Shown here: piece by piece, positions 50,796-63,389 of the stretch | How positions within the stretch are numbered: position 1 is the first letter of the stretch | Layout of the letters: each line of letters starts with the position of its first letter | Assembly: GCA_946965045.2 (NCBI GenBank) | Contig: OX337238.1 | Span: forward strand, 310,001 to 374,000 | Direction: 5' to 3' | Source of the DNA: Epithemia pelagica | Lineage: Eukaryota > Protista > Bacillariophyta | DNA length: 64,000 nucleotides | Program-made: the position numbers and the translations under genes | Notes under the pieces: model-generated | What the model was told of the DNA's origin: nothing | Seen by the model: the letters and a program-made list of their open reading frames with translations, nothing else | The model's database searches: none

Positions 50796-52525
50796 CGTTC
50801 AAGTATAGTGGTGCTTTGACAGAGTCAATGTGAGTGTTATTGGACCTCCACAGCGGGAACGGAAAGTCAGGGTGTGTGATCTTGCTTTATGCGCAAGAGA
50901 CGAGAAAAAGATGCTGTGTCAAGAGAACGTCCGACCTCGAAATGCCCGTGACCAAAGCGTGTATGTGAAAATGTGAGACGCCTCAGAGGTTTGGGCCGGA
51001 TCTCTCAAACTCTGGAAGAAAATGGTCGAATCGATCGATCTTGCACCAAACTCAATGCAGCAACGAAACAAACCAACAACAAGGAGTCCACGCTCACACA
51101 GAGTCCTTCGTTTGTCGAGAGGGCTTGGTGAAGGCAATGCTATGCGGTGATTGGGCGATCACAGTTCCGTCTTTGGTCGAATCCACATGCAACAATAATC
51201 CACACCCAGCAATGCCGACAAGAGACAAAACCGAGAGGAGTAGGAATGGCATGTGTACTCTCTATGGGTCTGTCGTGCAGCGTGTGACGGCAACCGCCGT
51301 TCGCCGTACCTTTTTGGAATCGTCTTTCGTGAATTTTGGGTCGTACCGGCGCAGCGCGGACATGACGTAACCGGTCGGAGGGAGTCGTGCCGGCCAACGC
51401 AAGCCAGTACGGTCGTATTTAATTAAATTTCTTTTTGAATGTACTCCGCCTCTCATAGTCCCATGCAACGATGGCTCGTCGAAGGTATGCCGACGCTCAT
51501 TGAGAGGCCGTTGCGCGCGAGTCGTGCTTTAGGAATCCGATCGATGCATCGGAGATTCATGACGTCATTTCTCGTGCCAGGATCATGACATGCTTGCTCT
51601 CCGGTTTAAATTTCATCGACGCGCCGGCCACATTACGCAGATTGAGATTTAACCATGCAATCCGTTTGGGTTTGGTCTCTGTCGCAGAGTACTATGTCTC
51701 TTTGAACTAAATGAGATAAAAGTTTCATGGTCCCGCTCCCTTTCCGGACAAAGCATACAATACGAATATAAAAGACAATCCAACATATTGGGGAAATATG
51801 ACCATTTCAATATGTTCACTGATGTGGGTTGTAGGTAGATGTCTCTACGTACGCGATACAGAAGCGTATATACAACCAATAATATGGGAATGGAAAGTGG
51901 AATAGAACAGTCCCAGTGAGTCCCCCAGGTCTCACAATCTGTCTTCAATGACCATCAACCTCAAAGTGGCACATGACCCTTATGATTGTCTGTAGGGAAA
52001 AGGTCCAGCTTCTCATCGACAGCTACCTGCCACTGCGATATGTCTCTAAAGATAGTAGCTCTAGCCACAGCACGACGAAACCGCCCTTTTCTATAAGGAC
52101 AAGACAAAATACAACAAGAATGCTATTAACCATGACCGATATCTTAAAGATCACTGTTCCGTGTTCTTGAGACATCTTCCATCCGAGACGACTCTGGAGC
52201 TGTCAGCTCCGACTAGCCAGCTCTGGTCGTCGCTTCTATCGGGGAACACACGAAACTTGGAAACGGACAAGGTCATGTGTCCCATGGACAACGTCTAGAA
52301 ATTGTCCTTCACAATCATCCCATGCCATGCATTTACTTTTGTTGCTGGTCCATGATGGCACAGTCGGTTCTGAACCAGACGCGAGAGCGACTGGTATGAT
52401 CAAGGAAAACATTGGGCTGAATCAACTCGTCGGCGTTTGTCTGGTCGACACTGACTGATAAGTTGATAGCTGTGACGGAGGCAGTGAATCTGATTCGTTG
52501 GAATTGGCCAAAAGATATGTACGTT

Positions 52526-53700
52526 TCAATCCATATCCACGTCTACCAGGGGCGGATCGGTCTTGGCTGCTGCCGATATTTGATGACCGTCATCAATTTC
52601 AATGTCAGTGGTGTGACCGCCATCGCTTCCGTGATGGGTATGTTCGCCGGGATGTTTCTTCATGTTGCAGGAATCAATTTGAAAGAGATTGGCCTGAATC
52701 TCTTCATAAAACTCCATGGCTTCTTGTTCTTTCAAAAGACCATTTTCCACCAGACCCTCAAAATACCGGACCGAGTTGTTGAACAGAATCTTGCAGACCT
52801 TGTGCGACACGGCGAGTTCCACATCGCTCTTGTCAAACTGCAACAAGTGAGCTTCGGCCATGGCCACCCCGGACCCGATTCTTGAATAATCTTTTCTTCC
52901 ACCATTTCTAGATGTTTGTCGTTTATAAAGTATTTTTGAATCGTTTCTTGCGCAGTGGTGTGAGCCCGAATAAAGGCGAGGCATTTTTCGGTATCGAGAC
53001 GGACGCGGATCGTGTCGGCATCCAAAATGTGCGACATGCCACAACATCCCACCACCTTATCGCAGCAACAGTACCTTCCCGCGTGTCCTTGAGCAAACTT
53101 TAACAAATCCACCGACGGATATCGGACCAAAAACACATAGTCCCAATCATTGAGTCGATTCGCCCGTTCGACGCTTTTGGCGGCCAGTTCCAGCGACTCG
53201 GTGAGGGCCAAGACGACAAACTCGCGATCCACCAATTCGCCATCGTCCATTTGTTTTTGATATCCCGCCCGCATCCAATTGGAGCCCAAGCCAATCTTGC
53301 TCACAACCGGAAAGGCACACACAAAGAATCCGAATCGAATCACATGCAAGAGGAGGTACAAGACAATGAGATAACCCCAATCCTTGCTGGAAAACTCTCG
53401 TTCCGGAAATTCCTCTTCCTTCTTGCCAATAATGTAGGAGTATCCCCATACGTAACTTCCCTTTCCCAAACAGAACTGTGCTTCACATCTTTCCGTGGCC
53501 ACAATGAAACCTGAGGTTTCCCAGGCCAAAGTTAGGCGGTACAGTAGCATTTCCGTGGCCACAATGACACCCGAGGTTTCCCAGGCCACAGTTTGGCGGT
53601 ACAGTAGCACCACCGACGATAGGACAAGGGAATAGTGGATCCAACGTGGATCACAGTTTCTTGCCCATCCAAACGACAATTCAAACAATATACAACAGCG
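52526..53700 (-). pseudogene. Remnant of a SOS1/NHX7-type Na+/H+ antiporter
   Basis: WETSGVIVAT (duplicated in a 58-bp tandem unit), KDWGYLIVLYLLLHVIRF, SKIGLGSNW jumping directly to RAGYQKQMDDGELVDREF; frameshift near 52875. Confidence 0.6.
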
Positions 53701-53939
53701 TCAAGAGGCCCAATAAAAAAAGCAAAACAAAAAGGCACTGGCCAAGCCATCATTCCACAGGGATTCGCCAGCAAGTTGAGTTTTGATGCGAGAGGCAGTG
53801 ACTGAATGCACCAAATCGGAGTGTGAACGAGGAGGAAATGACTGCAGCGGCATACTGGTTCCATAATAATCTCTTTGATAGCCTCCCATCAAGACGACCG
53901 ATTGCGCCTTGTTGTCATGGTTGTGGGCCTTCTACCAGA

Positions 53940-54023
53940 ATGATGTAGTACGACCGAAGCATGTAGCGGACGCGTTCCACCCGTGGAACGCGTCCGATTC
54001 ATGCTTCGGTCGTACTGAATCAT
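53940..54023. other. Long near-perfect hairpin, copy 1
   Basis: 17-bp stem agtacgaccgaagcatg, 3x3 internal loop, 14-bp stem cggacgcgttccac, 2-nt loop, plus an outer atgat/atcat pairing. Confidence 0.9.
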
Positions 54024-54603
54024 CCGGGTCACGACATATGCTTGTTCTTATACAGTGTCATGTTGTCAGGCTTCCGTTACTCTCTGCCATACAGACCGTC
54101 CAACATAGAATTTTGGAATGCCCGAGGACGACACGACAGAGATGTTTCAACATGTCGTTAGAGTCTTGGGTACACACAATTGGTGTGGAGATTCCGCCAC
54201 AGTAAAGTCGTTGCCAAGCCCGCCCATTAGTCGGCCAGTGTAGGCTCTTTTTCCACTCCAACAGGTGTCACAGATGACCATTGTGTTTCGTGGTCGTCGT
54301 CGTCGTCCTCAAACGATGCACTTCCACTCGCGTGGGCGCCTTGGGAGCGGACAAACCTGCCTTGTAGACCCACCGTGTCGGCACGGAACGAAACGTTCGA
54401 CGCCCTCCAATAACAGTTCAGTCACTTGTGTTCCACCACTTGTGGGGGAAGAAATTCTTGGGATGCCTTGTGCTGTGGACGAGGAGGAAATGACTGCAGC
54501 GGCAGAATGGTTCCATAATAATAATCTCTTTGCTAGCAGCCTCCCATCCAGACGACCGATTACGCCTTTTTTGTTGTTGTTGTTGTGGGCCTTCTACCAC
54601 AGA

Positions 54604-54687
54604 ATGATGTAGTACGACCGAAGCATGTAGCGGACGCCTTCCACCCGTGGAACGCGTCCGATTCATGCTTCGGTCGTACTGAATCAT
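54604..54687. other. Long near-perfect hairpin, copy 2
   Basis: Same as 53940-54023 with one substitution (cgcctt vs cgcgtt). Confidence 0.9.
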
Positions 54688-54872
54688 CCGGGTCACCACA
54701 GATGCTTCTTCTTAGGCAGTGTCAGACCGTCCTACATAGAAGTATGGAATGCCGGAGGACGACACGACAGAGATGTTATAACATATGTGTCGTTAGAGTC
54801 TTGGATACACACAACAATTGGACCACTCTGTGGAGATTCCGCAACAGTAAACGTCGTTGCCCAGCCCGCAAG

Positions 54873-56531
54873 TTAGTCTGTCGTCATTGTAGGCTCTTTA
54901 ACCACTCCCACTGGTGTCACAGAGGACCCTTGTGTTTCGTCGTCGTCGTTGTCGTCCTCAAACGATGCAATGCCACTGGCGTGAGCGCCTGGGGAGCGGA
55001 CAAACCGGCCTTGGAGACCCACCGTGTCGGCGGCACGGAACGAATCCGTGGTACTGGTGGTTGCTGCTTCTTGTGAATGAGAATAACAAGACAACAAGTG
55101 TTGGGCCAATCGTTGTCCACTCGTCCAGGCTCCGGCAATGGACGGTTGCAGCAACCAATCGCCACACACGCCCACGGCAAACTCGGAATCGTACAAAAAT
55201 CCCACAGTTTCTTCCGCATCATCAGCATCCTGATTCGGGGAGCTGTGCCACACATTGAGGGGAACGGCGGCTCCCCACAGTTGCAACCGGGATTCCAGAG
55301 GCTGTATCGAAGACGATTCCAGACCCAAGGACCGTTCGAGGCTTTCCAATAACAGGCCCGTCACGTGTTCCACCACGTGTGGGGGCAGAAATTCTTGGGG
55401 TGCCATGTGCTTCTTGGCAAACGTCGCCGACGACAGAACGGTCCAAATCTCGACGTGATCTTGATCCAGCGCGGCCGAGGGATACTTGCGAGTTTGACAG
55501 GTCAAGAATTTCAAACAGGGCTCGTTGCAAACAGTGCCAGCGACAAAGGGTTCGGGCAAGGCTTGCGATACGACGCTGGTTCCATTCGTGGTCGAAACGG
55601 CAAAGGATAGGCTGTAGAGCGAATTCAAGGTCATGCGTTTGCCCCCCTCGCGAGGTGCACTGGCGGCAAAATTCACCTTTAACAGGTTGTGGACCTTTTT
55701 GGCGGGAGTTTTAGACATGAGACGATCGGCACACTTGCCATTGTGGGCGATAATGAGTGTATCAAAATAACCCAATACTTGCCCCGATGCCTGGACTTTC
55801 CATTGCTGGGATTGGGGCAGGTAGCGGACACCATTCGAGGGCGACACCCAAACGTCTTGCACAACCTTGAAATTCCCATGCTTCGCCATGGCAACCGGTA
55901 TCCTTCCATTGCCCTTGGTTCCATGAAATACCGGAATGTCCTTGGGAAATGGCTCGAGCTGAAAGGACGCATCATTCTTGGAGGAATCCGCCGCCACAAT
56001 ATCCCAAAGACTGTCCTTGGGAAACGGTTGGACCACCCCTTGTGCTTCCCACTGTCGAACCTGTTGGACAAATTCTTGCATTCGTCTTCTTTTTTGGTGG
56101 TGGTTTCCTTCCAGCTGTGGGAGGGGGATCAGTTGTGCGGCATGGTCGACAATGCACTTGGAAAGGTATTGATAGGTGGGAGGAGGAGGGGAAAGCCCTG
56201 GGTCGTTCTTCTTGTCGTCTTGTTCTTTGGGACGGTCTCCGGGCAATCGAGAGGACATGCGGCCTCCCGGACGAAGCCGTCCGGTATCAAAGACGGTCAC
56301 ATCGAGTATGTTTCGATTCAACGACGACGACGACGACGACAAGTGCTGCGCACAACTCAAGCCTGCAATTCCACCCCCAATAATGGCCACACGATGAGGA
56401 CGAGTTCCTTCGGTCGTTGTGAGTGCCGTTGCCAGGCGAGGCATTGGCAGGATCCACCAGAATGATACCAACAACAACGACAGTGTCGTGGCAGGATTCG
56501 AACTCGGCCTCCAAGTCCAGAGGACTGCCAT
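54873..56531 (-). CDS. FAD/NAD(P)-dependent oxidoreductase, renalase-like
   Basis: RVAIIGGGIAGLSCA, VFDTGRLRPGGRMSSR, DHAAQ, LQLWGAAVP, VGVCGDWL, IAGAWTSG; hydrophobic N-terminus. Confidence 0.85.
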   Translation of the reverse strand: MAVLWTWRPSSNPATTLSLLLVSFWWILPMPRLATALTTTEGTRPHRVAIIGGGIAGLSCAQHLSSSSSSLNRNILDVTVFDTGRLRPGGRMSSRLPGDRPKEQDDKKNDPGLSPPPPTYQYLSKCIVDHAAQLIPLPQLEGNHHQKRRRMQEFVQQVRQWEAQGVVQPFPKDSLWDIVAADSSKNDASFQLEPFPKDIPVFHGTKGNGRIPVAMAKHGNFKVVQDVWVSPSNGVRYLPQSQQWKVQASGQVLGYFDTLIIAHNGKCADRLMSKTPAKKVHNLLKVNFAASAPREGGKRMTLNSLYSLSFAVSTTNGTSVVSQALPEPFVAGTVCNEPCLKFLTCQTRKYPSAALDQDHVEIWTVLSSATFAKKHMAPQEFLPPHVVEHVTGLLLESLERSLGLESSSIQPLESRLQLWGAAVPLNVWHSSPNQDADDAEETVGFLYDSEFAVGVCGDWLLQPSIAGAWTSGQRLAQHLLSCYSHSQEAATTSTTDSFRAADTVGLQGRFVRSPGAHASGIASFEDDNDDDETQGSSVTPVGVVKEPTMTTD

Positions 56532-57648
56532 GATCTCTGTCTATTATCCAAAGAGGATATGTTGATGCTGTTGCGTTCGCTCCAAACCGGGGTGCTGCGG
56601 TGGCGGCGTGTGACGGTCGTGGCTGGACAGACGGAACTCCACCGTGTCGTATTGGTCGCTGTTGCTAACCCCATTTTTCGAAACTCCATGGCGCGCTGTA
56701 AGTGTGGTCGTGTCGCGGGAACACGACTGCCCTTTCCCCCGCCGTTGCCGTTGTCCGTTGTCCCCCAAGAGTCCCCCAATTTATGCGCTGACGCGGGCCA
56801 CCATAGAGAGTCAGTCGCAGTTAAATGATCTCTTTAAGAGTCTTAATGGGGTATATACGAGTTAGAGGAAGTAGATTGTAAAGAGGAATCATGTGCAAAT
56901 GTGTTGCGCGTCTTTTAAATGGAACGCATATGGAGCAAAACAGACTTTTAACGAAATCTATGCGTCATGTCGTAGCCGTTGAAATACGTACGGTGTGTCG
57001 TGTAAAATCTGCGGGACCAAGGGGGGGACATGCGACTCGATGCGACATCCCTCTTTTTGCAATCATCGTCACTGTCATTCCCCAAAGCCCCCATCGTTTG
57101 GTCACGCTGCCTTTAAGTATTCTTGTACGGTACTTGGGCTTCTTGGAACGAGTGGCGCGAATTCAGGCCCAATTCGTTTTCTTGTCTAAGTAAACGGAAC
57201 TTCACCGGATCGATTTCCAATCTATCCGGTGAATACTTAGACGTAAGTGACCGTCAAAGGCTCTAAGTATCACAAGGACGCCAAATTTTCGATCGTTACA
57301 GTACAGCCCCTCGTTTGCTCGTCGGCGAGTGTGACAATTTGAGTGGATTTCTGTCCGTTGGTAAGAGTCGCATCTCCACCAACGGTCCGAAGCAAAGAGT
57401 GAAGTATCAAAGGTTTTACAGGAAGGAAGAAGGCCATGAAATTCGCGCGCTCCAAGAGGAGTGCCAGACAAGACACATCCAAGTGAGAGAGGGTCTTTGA
57501 AAAACGACAAGAGAGAGAGAGAGAACGTATCATAGTGGAAGGGTTGGCAACCACATGTTGGTCTCATCTTTCCAATCATCCTCCTCCCTTCGTCCTCCAC
57601 TGGGAAGGCCTCGTGTTTGCTTCGCAACCACCCTCCAACCATCACACA

Positions 57649-59347
57649 ATGATCAAGACGCCTTCGACCAGTTCGTCCTGCGCTTCGCCTCATCGTCCCA
57701 CATCCTTGCATGGACGATCCAAAGAAGTGTCCTTGAGTTCGTCCTCGCGATTGGCGGAGGACACGGACGACAATGAAGAAGATGATGACAATGACCATGC
57801 CGAGGAGGACGATTCGCCAACCACTAATGGTGAGGAGGACCAACAACAATCGTCCCAAACCACGGCATTGGAGGAACCGGCCGAACACTATCGAGACTTT
57901 TATTTGAGTTCGACGCATGAAATCAAAATCACCTTGGGGACACCTCCACCCAAACGAAAGGGGCCTCGTGGGGGAGTGACCAGTGCCTTTCCCGTCAAGT
58001 TGCATGAAATGCTGTCTCGGGGTCAATACGATGGGACGGACCATATTGTCTCGTGGCAAGTACACGGCCGAGCCTTTACCGTTCATCAACCCACTGTCTT
58101 TGTCGAAGAGTTGATGCCACAGTAAGTGTTTTTCTTCTTGTATTGAAGTTCTTTATGTGTTTCCATGTGACTCAGAGTACGATACTCTGTGTGTCCCTTG
58201 TGTGTTGTTTAGATATTTCAAGCAAAGTAAAATGACCTCCTTCCAACGACAGCTCAATCTCTATGGCTTTATGCGCAAAACCGATGGAACCGATCGCGGA
58301 TCCTATTACCATGAATTGTTTCTGCGAGGGCGACCGGATCTGGCGAAAATCATGGTGCGAACTCGCGTCAAGGGCGATTGTAAGCGACGACCCATGGCCG
58401 AACCCGACTTTTACAAAATGCCCTTTTGTCCCGAAGACCCGGATCCGAGACAACAACAGCAACAGCTCCATCCTCACCATCATCATCATCCAGCACCTCC
58501 ACATGTGGCGCATCCTCACAAGGGGCGTCTTCCTGTCCATCGTCGTCTCTACTACAGAGACACGGTCGTACGGACACCACGAGGCGGATACTCCTCGAAT
58601 GGCTATCGCATCTATGGCTCACCGAATGAAGGCAGTAGTGAGCATCCCGAAGACGCTTTGTCGTCACCGGTTCGGACACCGGGGTTGACTCCCTATACGC
58701 CCCAACGAAGCCATGCCCCAACGGCGACCCATTTGCGGAGTTCGTCCTTTTTCTTGGAGGAGGAACCTCTGATGCAGGCACCCCAAGACAGTGATTGGAC
58801 ACCGCCTCCCTTTCCCGAGTTTCGTCCTTCGTCGCAACAACGTGCACGACGAGAACGACCTCCTCCCCAACTGATCCAGCCCAGTCACTATCCCAACATT
58901 GTGTCTCCCGAAGCGCGCAGTCAGTCCATTTACTCCACCAGTAGTAGTACGACTACGAGTCCTCCGGGGAACAGCAGTAGTAGCCGACGCACCATTGTAC
59001 GCCGCCGTCCACCCCCGCAACCGCCCATCCAAAGTCCCCAAAGTCGGGAGGAACACGACTATACTCCTCCTCCCAGCAGTCGCCGGCCTCCTCCTTCGCA
59101 CTCGAGTTATGCTTCGCCATCTCGAACCAGCCGGGAGCCATCCCGCTGGACCGAAGAGCGACCGGGAACGCACCAGGGGTATTATCCGCAGTATCATCCG
59201 GGACAGGCGTCGTATCGTCCCAATCCATTTCGACGCCGGGGGAGCACTGAAAGTGGAATCCATCGAACCCAATTCTTTGAGGGTCATTTTGAACCGGTGG
59301 ACGACACATCACTGGAACTGTTTGAGTCCGACATTCATTATGTCTAA
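57649..59347 (+). CDS. HSF-type DNA-binding transcription factor; intron 58122-58212
   Basis: AFPVKLHEML..IVSWQVHGRAFTVH..LMPQ|YFKQSKMTSFQRQLNLYGF..YYHELFLRGRP. Confidence 0.93.
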
Positions 59348-59860
59348 GAAAAACGGGGGCGCTATTATTGGTGTTTTTATTATTTGTGTGTCTGTTCCTG
59401 TGTACCCCGTGCTTTGGTACGGTGGGAATCCATTCCAGTCGACGGATTCCGGGGAATCTTATTTCTGGACGAGACTCGCTTTGCAACAGTTGCGATGCTC
59501 TGTTTCCTTCGCTTTATTTTAGTGTGGACGGTGCATGGCATCGGCTCGGCACCCATCACTGTCTACCATGTGTGGTATGTCATCCTTCCTTTGTGGTTGT
59601 ACAGCTGTCATACCTGTGTAATAATGGTACCAGTGGGTCCAGGGGATATAATAGGCCATATTGTCTCTATAGAATATATTAATACTTTTTCATCCTCATG
59701 CGTCAAGCGCTTAAGTGTTTAAATGATTGGGATGAAGAGTACGTATGTCTCTATGAACGAACAGCCCTTTGTCCCACTGTACAAACTGGCATCCTTTCGT
59801 CACCTCCGAGTTGGAGCTCACCGCCAACGACAAGTATTCAGTCATTTTTTTGTGATGAAC

Positions 59861-62800
59861 TCAACGATCGGGACCAAGAAGGCTTCTGCAGTAGTTCTCT
59901 TCCGCTTCCGTGTCTCCATCCATCCGAGTCCAGTCCCAAAAAGGAATCGAAATTACTTTCCAGCCCATATTTTCCAATAGCCGTCGCTTCAATGCCGTTG
60001 GTCCATTGGTACATTGAATTTTCCCATCCCATTGAAATTGGTACTCCAGCTTCCCGCGAGAAATCTTGGTCACACCATTCATCTCAACCCCCTTGTCGAT
60101 CTGACACGCGTAATGAGAAGGTCCGTCCACTTCAATGGCAATTCGAGCCTCAGGATGCGCAATATCCAAGGAGAGAACTTCTATCTGGGTCTCAAACAGG
60201 TGTATCCCATATTCTTCAGCCAGGTCCTTTGTTGTGATCACGTATTCTTGGTAATGATCAAATCCAATTCTGTGAAATGCGTCCGATACCATTTTCTGGA
60301 GACCACTTGTCGTTAGTGACAAATCGAAGGAGGTCTCGGACGATCGTTGTCGTGCTTGTCCTTCGTAGTACCCACTTTGCCATTCTGCGGGAAAAGTCTC
60401 TGGTAGTGACAGCACAGTGTCGTCTGCATATCCTGCTTGTGATACTGCCATTTGGACATAAATAAGAGTCATTACTTCCTGCGATTGCAAACCACCATCG
60501 CCATAGATCGAGTTCACGAGCTCGGGATCCCGGTCTGCCCCATATCCGAGGAGGCCTGCGTATAAGCTCGCCATTAATGATTTGGGGAATGAACCAAACA
60601 CAGCACAACTCCAGGCAATGTTGGCAAGTTCCTGTCGTTTGAGCATTCGAGCAATGGTTTCTGTCGCCGTACCATCGGCTATGTGTAGGAAATTCGAAAA
60701 GTAGTCGGACAAATGGTCCACCAAATCACCGACAGGTGCATTGAGGGTCGCCAGAGCCCAGAGTAGATTCGCAGTCTCTTGTCCTTTGAAATGAGACCAG
60801 TTTGTCACACTCCCGCGAAGACAGGCATCCATTCTTGCCTTGAGCTGTTCAATTGCTGCTTGGATGAATGCTTCATGACGCAATCCCATGACGGCAAACG
60901 TCCATGCTGTTGCGAACAAATACTGTGTGAGAGCTGGTCCATTCCCAAAATGAACTCTCATTCCGTTTTGGAACTCGATAACACATACCTGTATTGGACA
61001 AATCTTGCGGTTTCAAAATAGACAGATTTTTATGATACAACAGTCCTGTTTCGGCAATGGCCAGAAACAGACGATGCAACAAATTCTCACCGATATCAAA
61101 GTAGCTTGTTTTGTATACAGCCAGCCTTCCTGTGGTGGTCGACACCATGGTCGATCCTTTCAATCGGGCAGAGGCATCTTCACACATTTGCGCTTGACGT
61201 GCAAAGGCCCACGCCATGTTTCCAATTCCTTGTGGGGGAAACTCGTGGAGTCCACGTGCCGAGTTTGCCTCCTCGGCGGTTGCTCCAACCAAATATTCGG
61301 CCACAAATCGAAACAGTCGGGGATGTCGAATGCCAGTCTTGGAAAAAGACCACAATACATCCTTAATTTCTTGCTCCTTAAAGTCATCTGGTCGACGCAT
61401 AAGTTCTACCGCCGCAATTCCAAAACAGGCGACGATTGGGTCATTGACAGATGGCAATTCGGTTCCGTATAAGAGAGTTGTATCAAATGCATCACGATCA
61501 AATACATCAATTTCGGCTGTCGCAATACCCCACAACGAATTGGAGAGCTCTTGAGGTTTGCAATTCGACGGATTGATAGATCGGAGTCGAGCGCACAGAG
61601 CGCGATAAATGTCTGGGTCTGAGTTATAGGACAAGGATGCCAGACTCCACAAGGTGGTTCCAATATCTTGTGATTTGACAGGCCTTCGTGGATCCCCCAA
61701 CTCTCGCCCAATCTCTCCCAACAATACATCAATCTCTGGTGTTCTTTGGTTTTCATCATCAATAAGACGTGCCAAGCTCCACGCAATATTGTTGAGTTCT
61801 TGTGACTTGGCAAAGCGTCCGATTTCCAACGCTCTCGCTACAATAGCATGGATTCCACGTTTCAGCAAGTCGCGATCTCCTTCCAAATCATTTGTCGGAA
61901 GAACAATGTAATTGTTCACTAACAGTTCCTCCGACGGGAACAATCCAAATCCCAGAGTTGCCAGAGACCATATAATGTTGGTCACCTCTTGTGTTTTAAA
62001 ATCGTCCAAGGAACGTTGAACAATCGCTTGGACCAAAATGCGTTCAATTTTGAGAGCATTAGTTTGCTCCACTTCTGTCAAGGCTCCCTCCTTTTTGGAT
62101 AGTAATGTCGCCACGCCCCATAACGTGTTACTGATTTCCTGTGGCTTGAAGCGTGCGACAAAGTCGCCATCGTTTTCCATAGTGGTGGCGACATATTCCA
62201 ACAAGGTGTCATGATTGTGATAGACGCCGGCCGTGGCACACGCCCAAATGGAATTGGACCACTCTTGTGGATTGAGGGGTTGACCCGACTCGCGTTTTTG
62301 AATTTGAATCAATTCCAAGACCATGTCTCCAAAAAACTGTGTTTCCGCCCGTCCCGAAGTTGCCCAGGCCCACAAAATGTTGGCAATTTCTTGTTGTTGA
62401 AACGAGACTTGGGCATTTTTGCCCACTCCTTGTTTGGCATGGAACCGAACATCGTCTAAAATCAAGCCCGCCAGTTTGGAAACCAAAGTCACCCACGGCG
62501 CTGAAGTTGATTGTACACTATTGGGGTTGTTTCGTCGCGCTTTGGCCGACTCGAGGACACATTCTCGAATCTCTCGTGCCGTCGCTTCCATGGCCGCTTC
62601 TGTCTCTTGAGCGTTTGTTTGCAGGGGCAGTGCTGTGGCGGGTGGTACGACTCGGAGTTTGGCCAATCCCCAGGCTGTATTGGACAATTCACGGCTTTTG
62701 AATTTGGCCCGTTTGGCCGAGCCAAGTTCGGAGTCGTTGTTCGGAAGCATGTATTCGGCCAAGGCCGCCAAGAAGAGAGCAAAGCGAGCGTCTTTGAGGA

Positions 62801-63389
62801 GGGGAGCTCGGGCCTGAGGTTTGAGCGAGTGCCGAGCCAAGCGATGAACGAGGGTGGAAAAATTGACCATATTCAAGGCTCCACCTCCCGCCTTGCGTGT
62901 CAAGGCGTTGGGAGTCGATTGGAGCAACTGGAGGACTTGACTGGCATCTTGACATTGAACGATTTGAGAATTAAGATTCCACCAATAATTCCTCATAACA
63001 CTGCTCCGTTGCTTGCTCGGTGGCCGCTTTCCTGGTTTGCGGCCTTTTGGCGGTTTGAGGTGGTGGCTGTTGTTTCCTTTGCCTCCTTGTTTAACTTTTG
63101 CGGAGGGAGGTTTGGGTGTAGGGTCCGTCGAGGGACTTTGATTTTTCTCCAGACTCGATAAAAGAGATATTATTCTGTGGTCTTGCCTCTGACACCATTT
63201 TGGATTGGCGTGGTTGACAGTCGCAACCGGCGCAAATGCATCCGTGGTCGGAGAACTGTCAACGACAAGTACAACGACGACGACGAATAACCAACAAGGG
63301 AGGACGAGGAGGTGGCGAAGGAACACCCACAGGAACTGATTCCCACCACCCGTTGCTCTTCTCTCCCCATATCTTCTGAAATGTAACAT
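59861..63389 (-). CDS. Plastid-targeted OPR/FASTK-like repeat protein with a C-terminal RAP domain; intron 60907-60988
   Basis: About 13 repeats of the F(K/N)PQELSNxxWAxA type; RAP IAIEVDGPSHY..TALKRRLLENMGWKVISIPFWDW; presequence TTDA-FAP. Confidence 0.88.

Larger units (their letters stand above)
53825..55044. repeat. Tandem duplication of about 570-650 bp (53825-54392 vs 54478-55044) including the 3' end of the renalase-like gene
   Basis: Shared gaggaggaaatgactgcagcgg, the long hairpin and gagcggacaaacc..caccgtgtcgg. Confidence 0.85.

Noticed and set aside
51000-52450. Short ORFs and small palindromes (for example ggagctgtcagctcc near 52196)
   Set aside because: No recognisable family, and the stems are short enough to arise by chance.
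60873-60988. C-terminus of the 883-aa ORF and N-terminus of the 366-aa ORF as separate genes
   Set aside because: A canonical GT-AG intron (60907-60988) joins them into one OPR-RAP gene.
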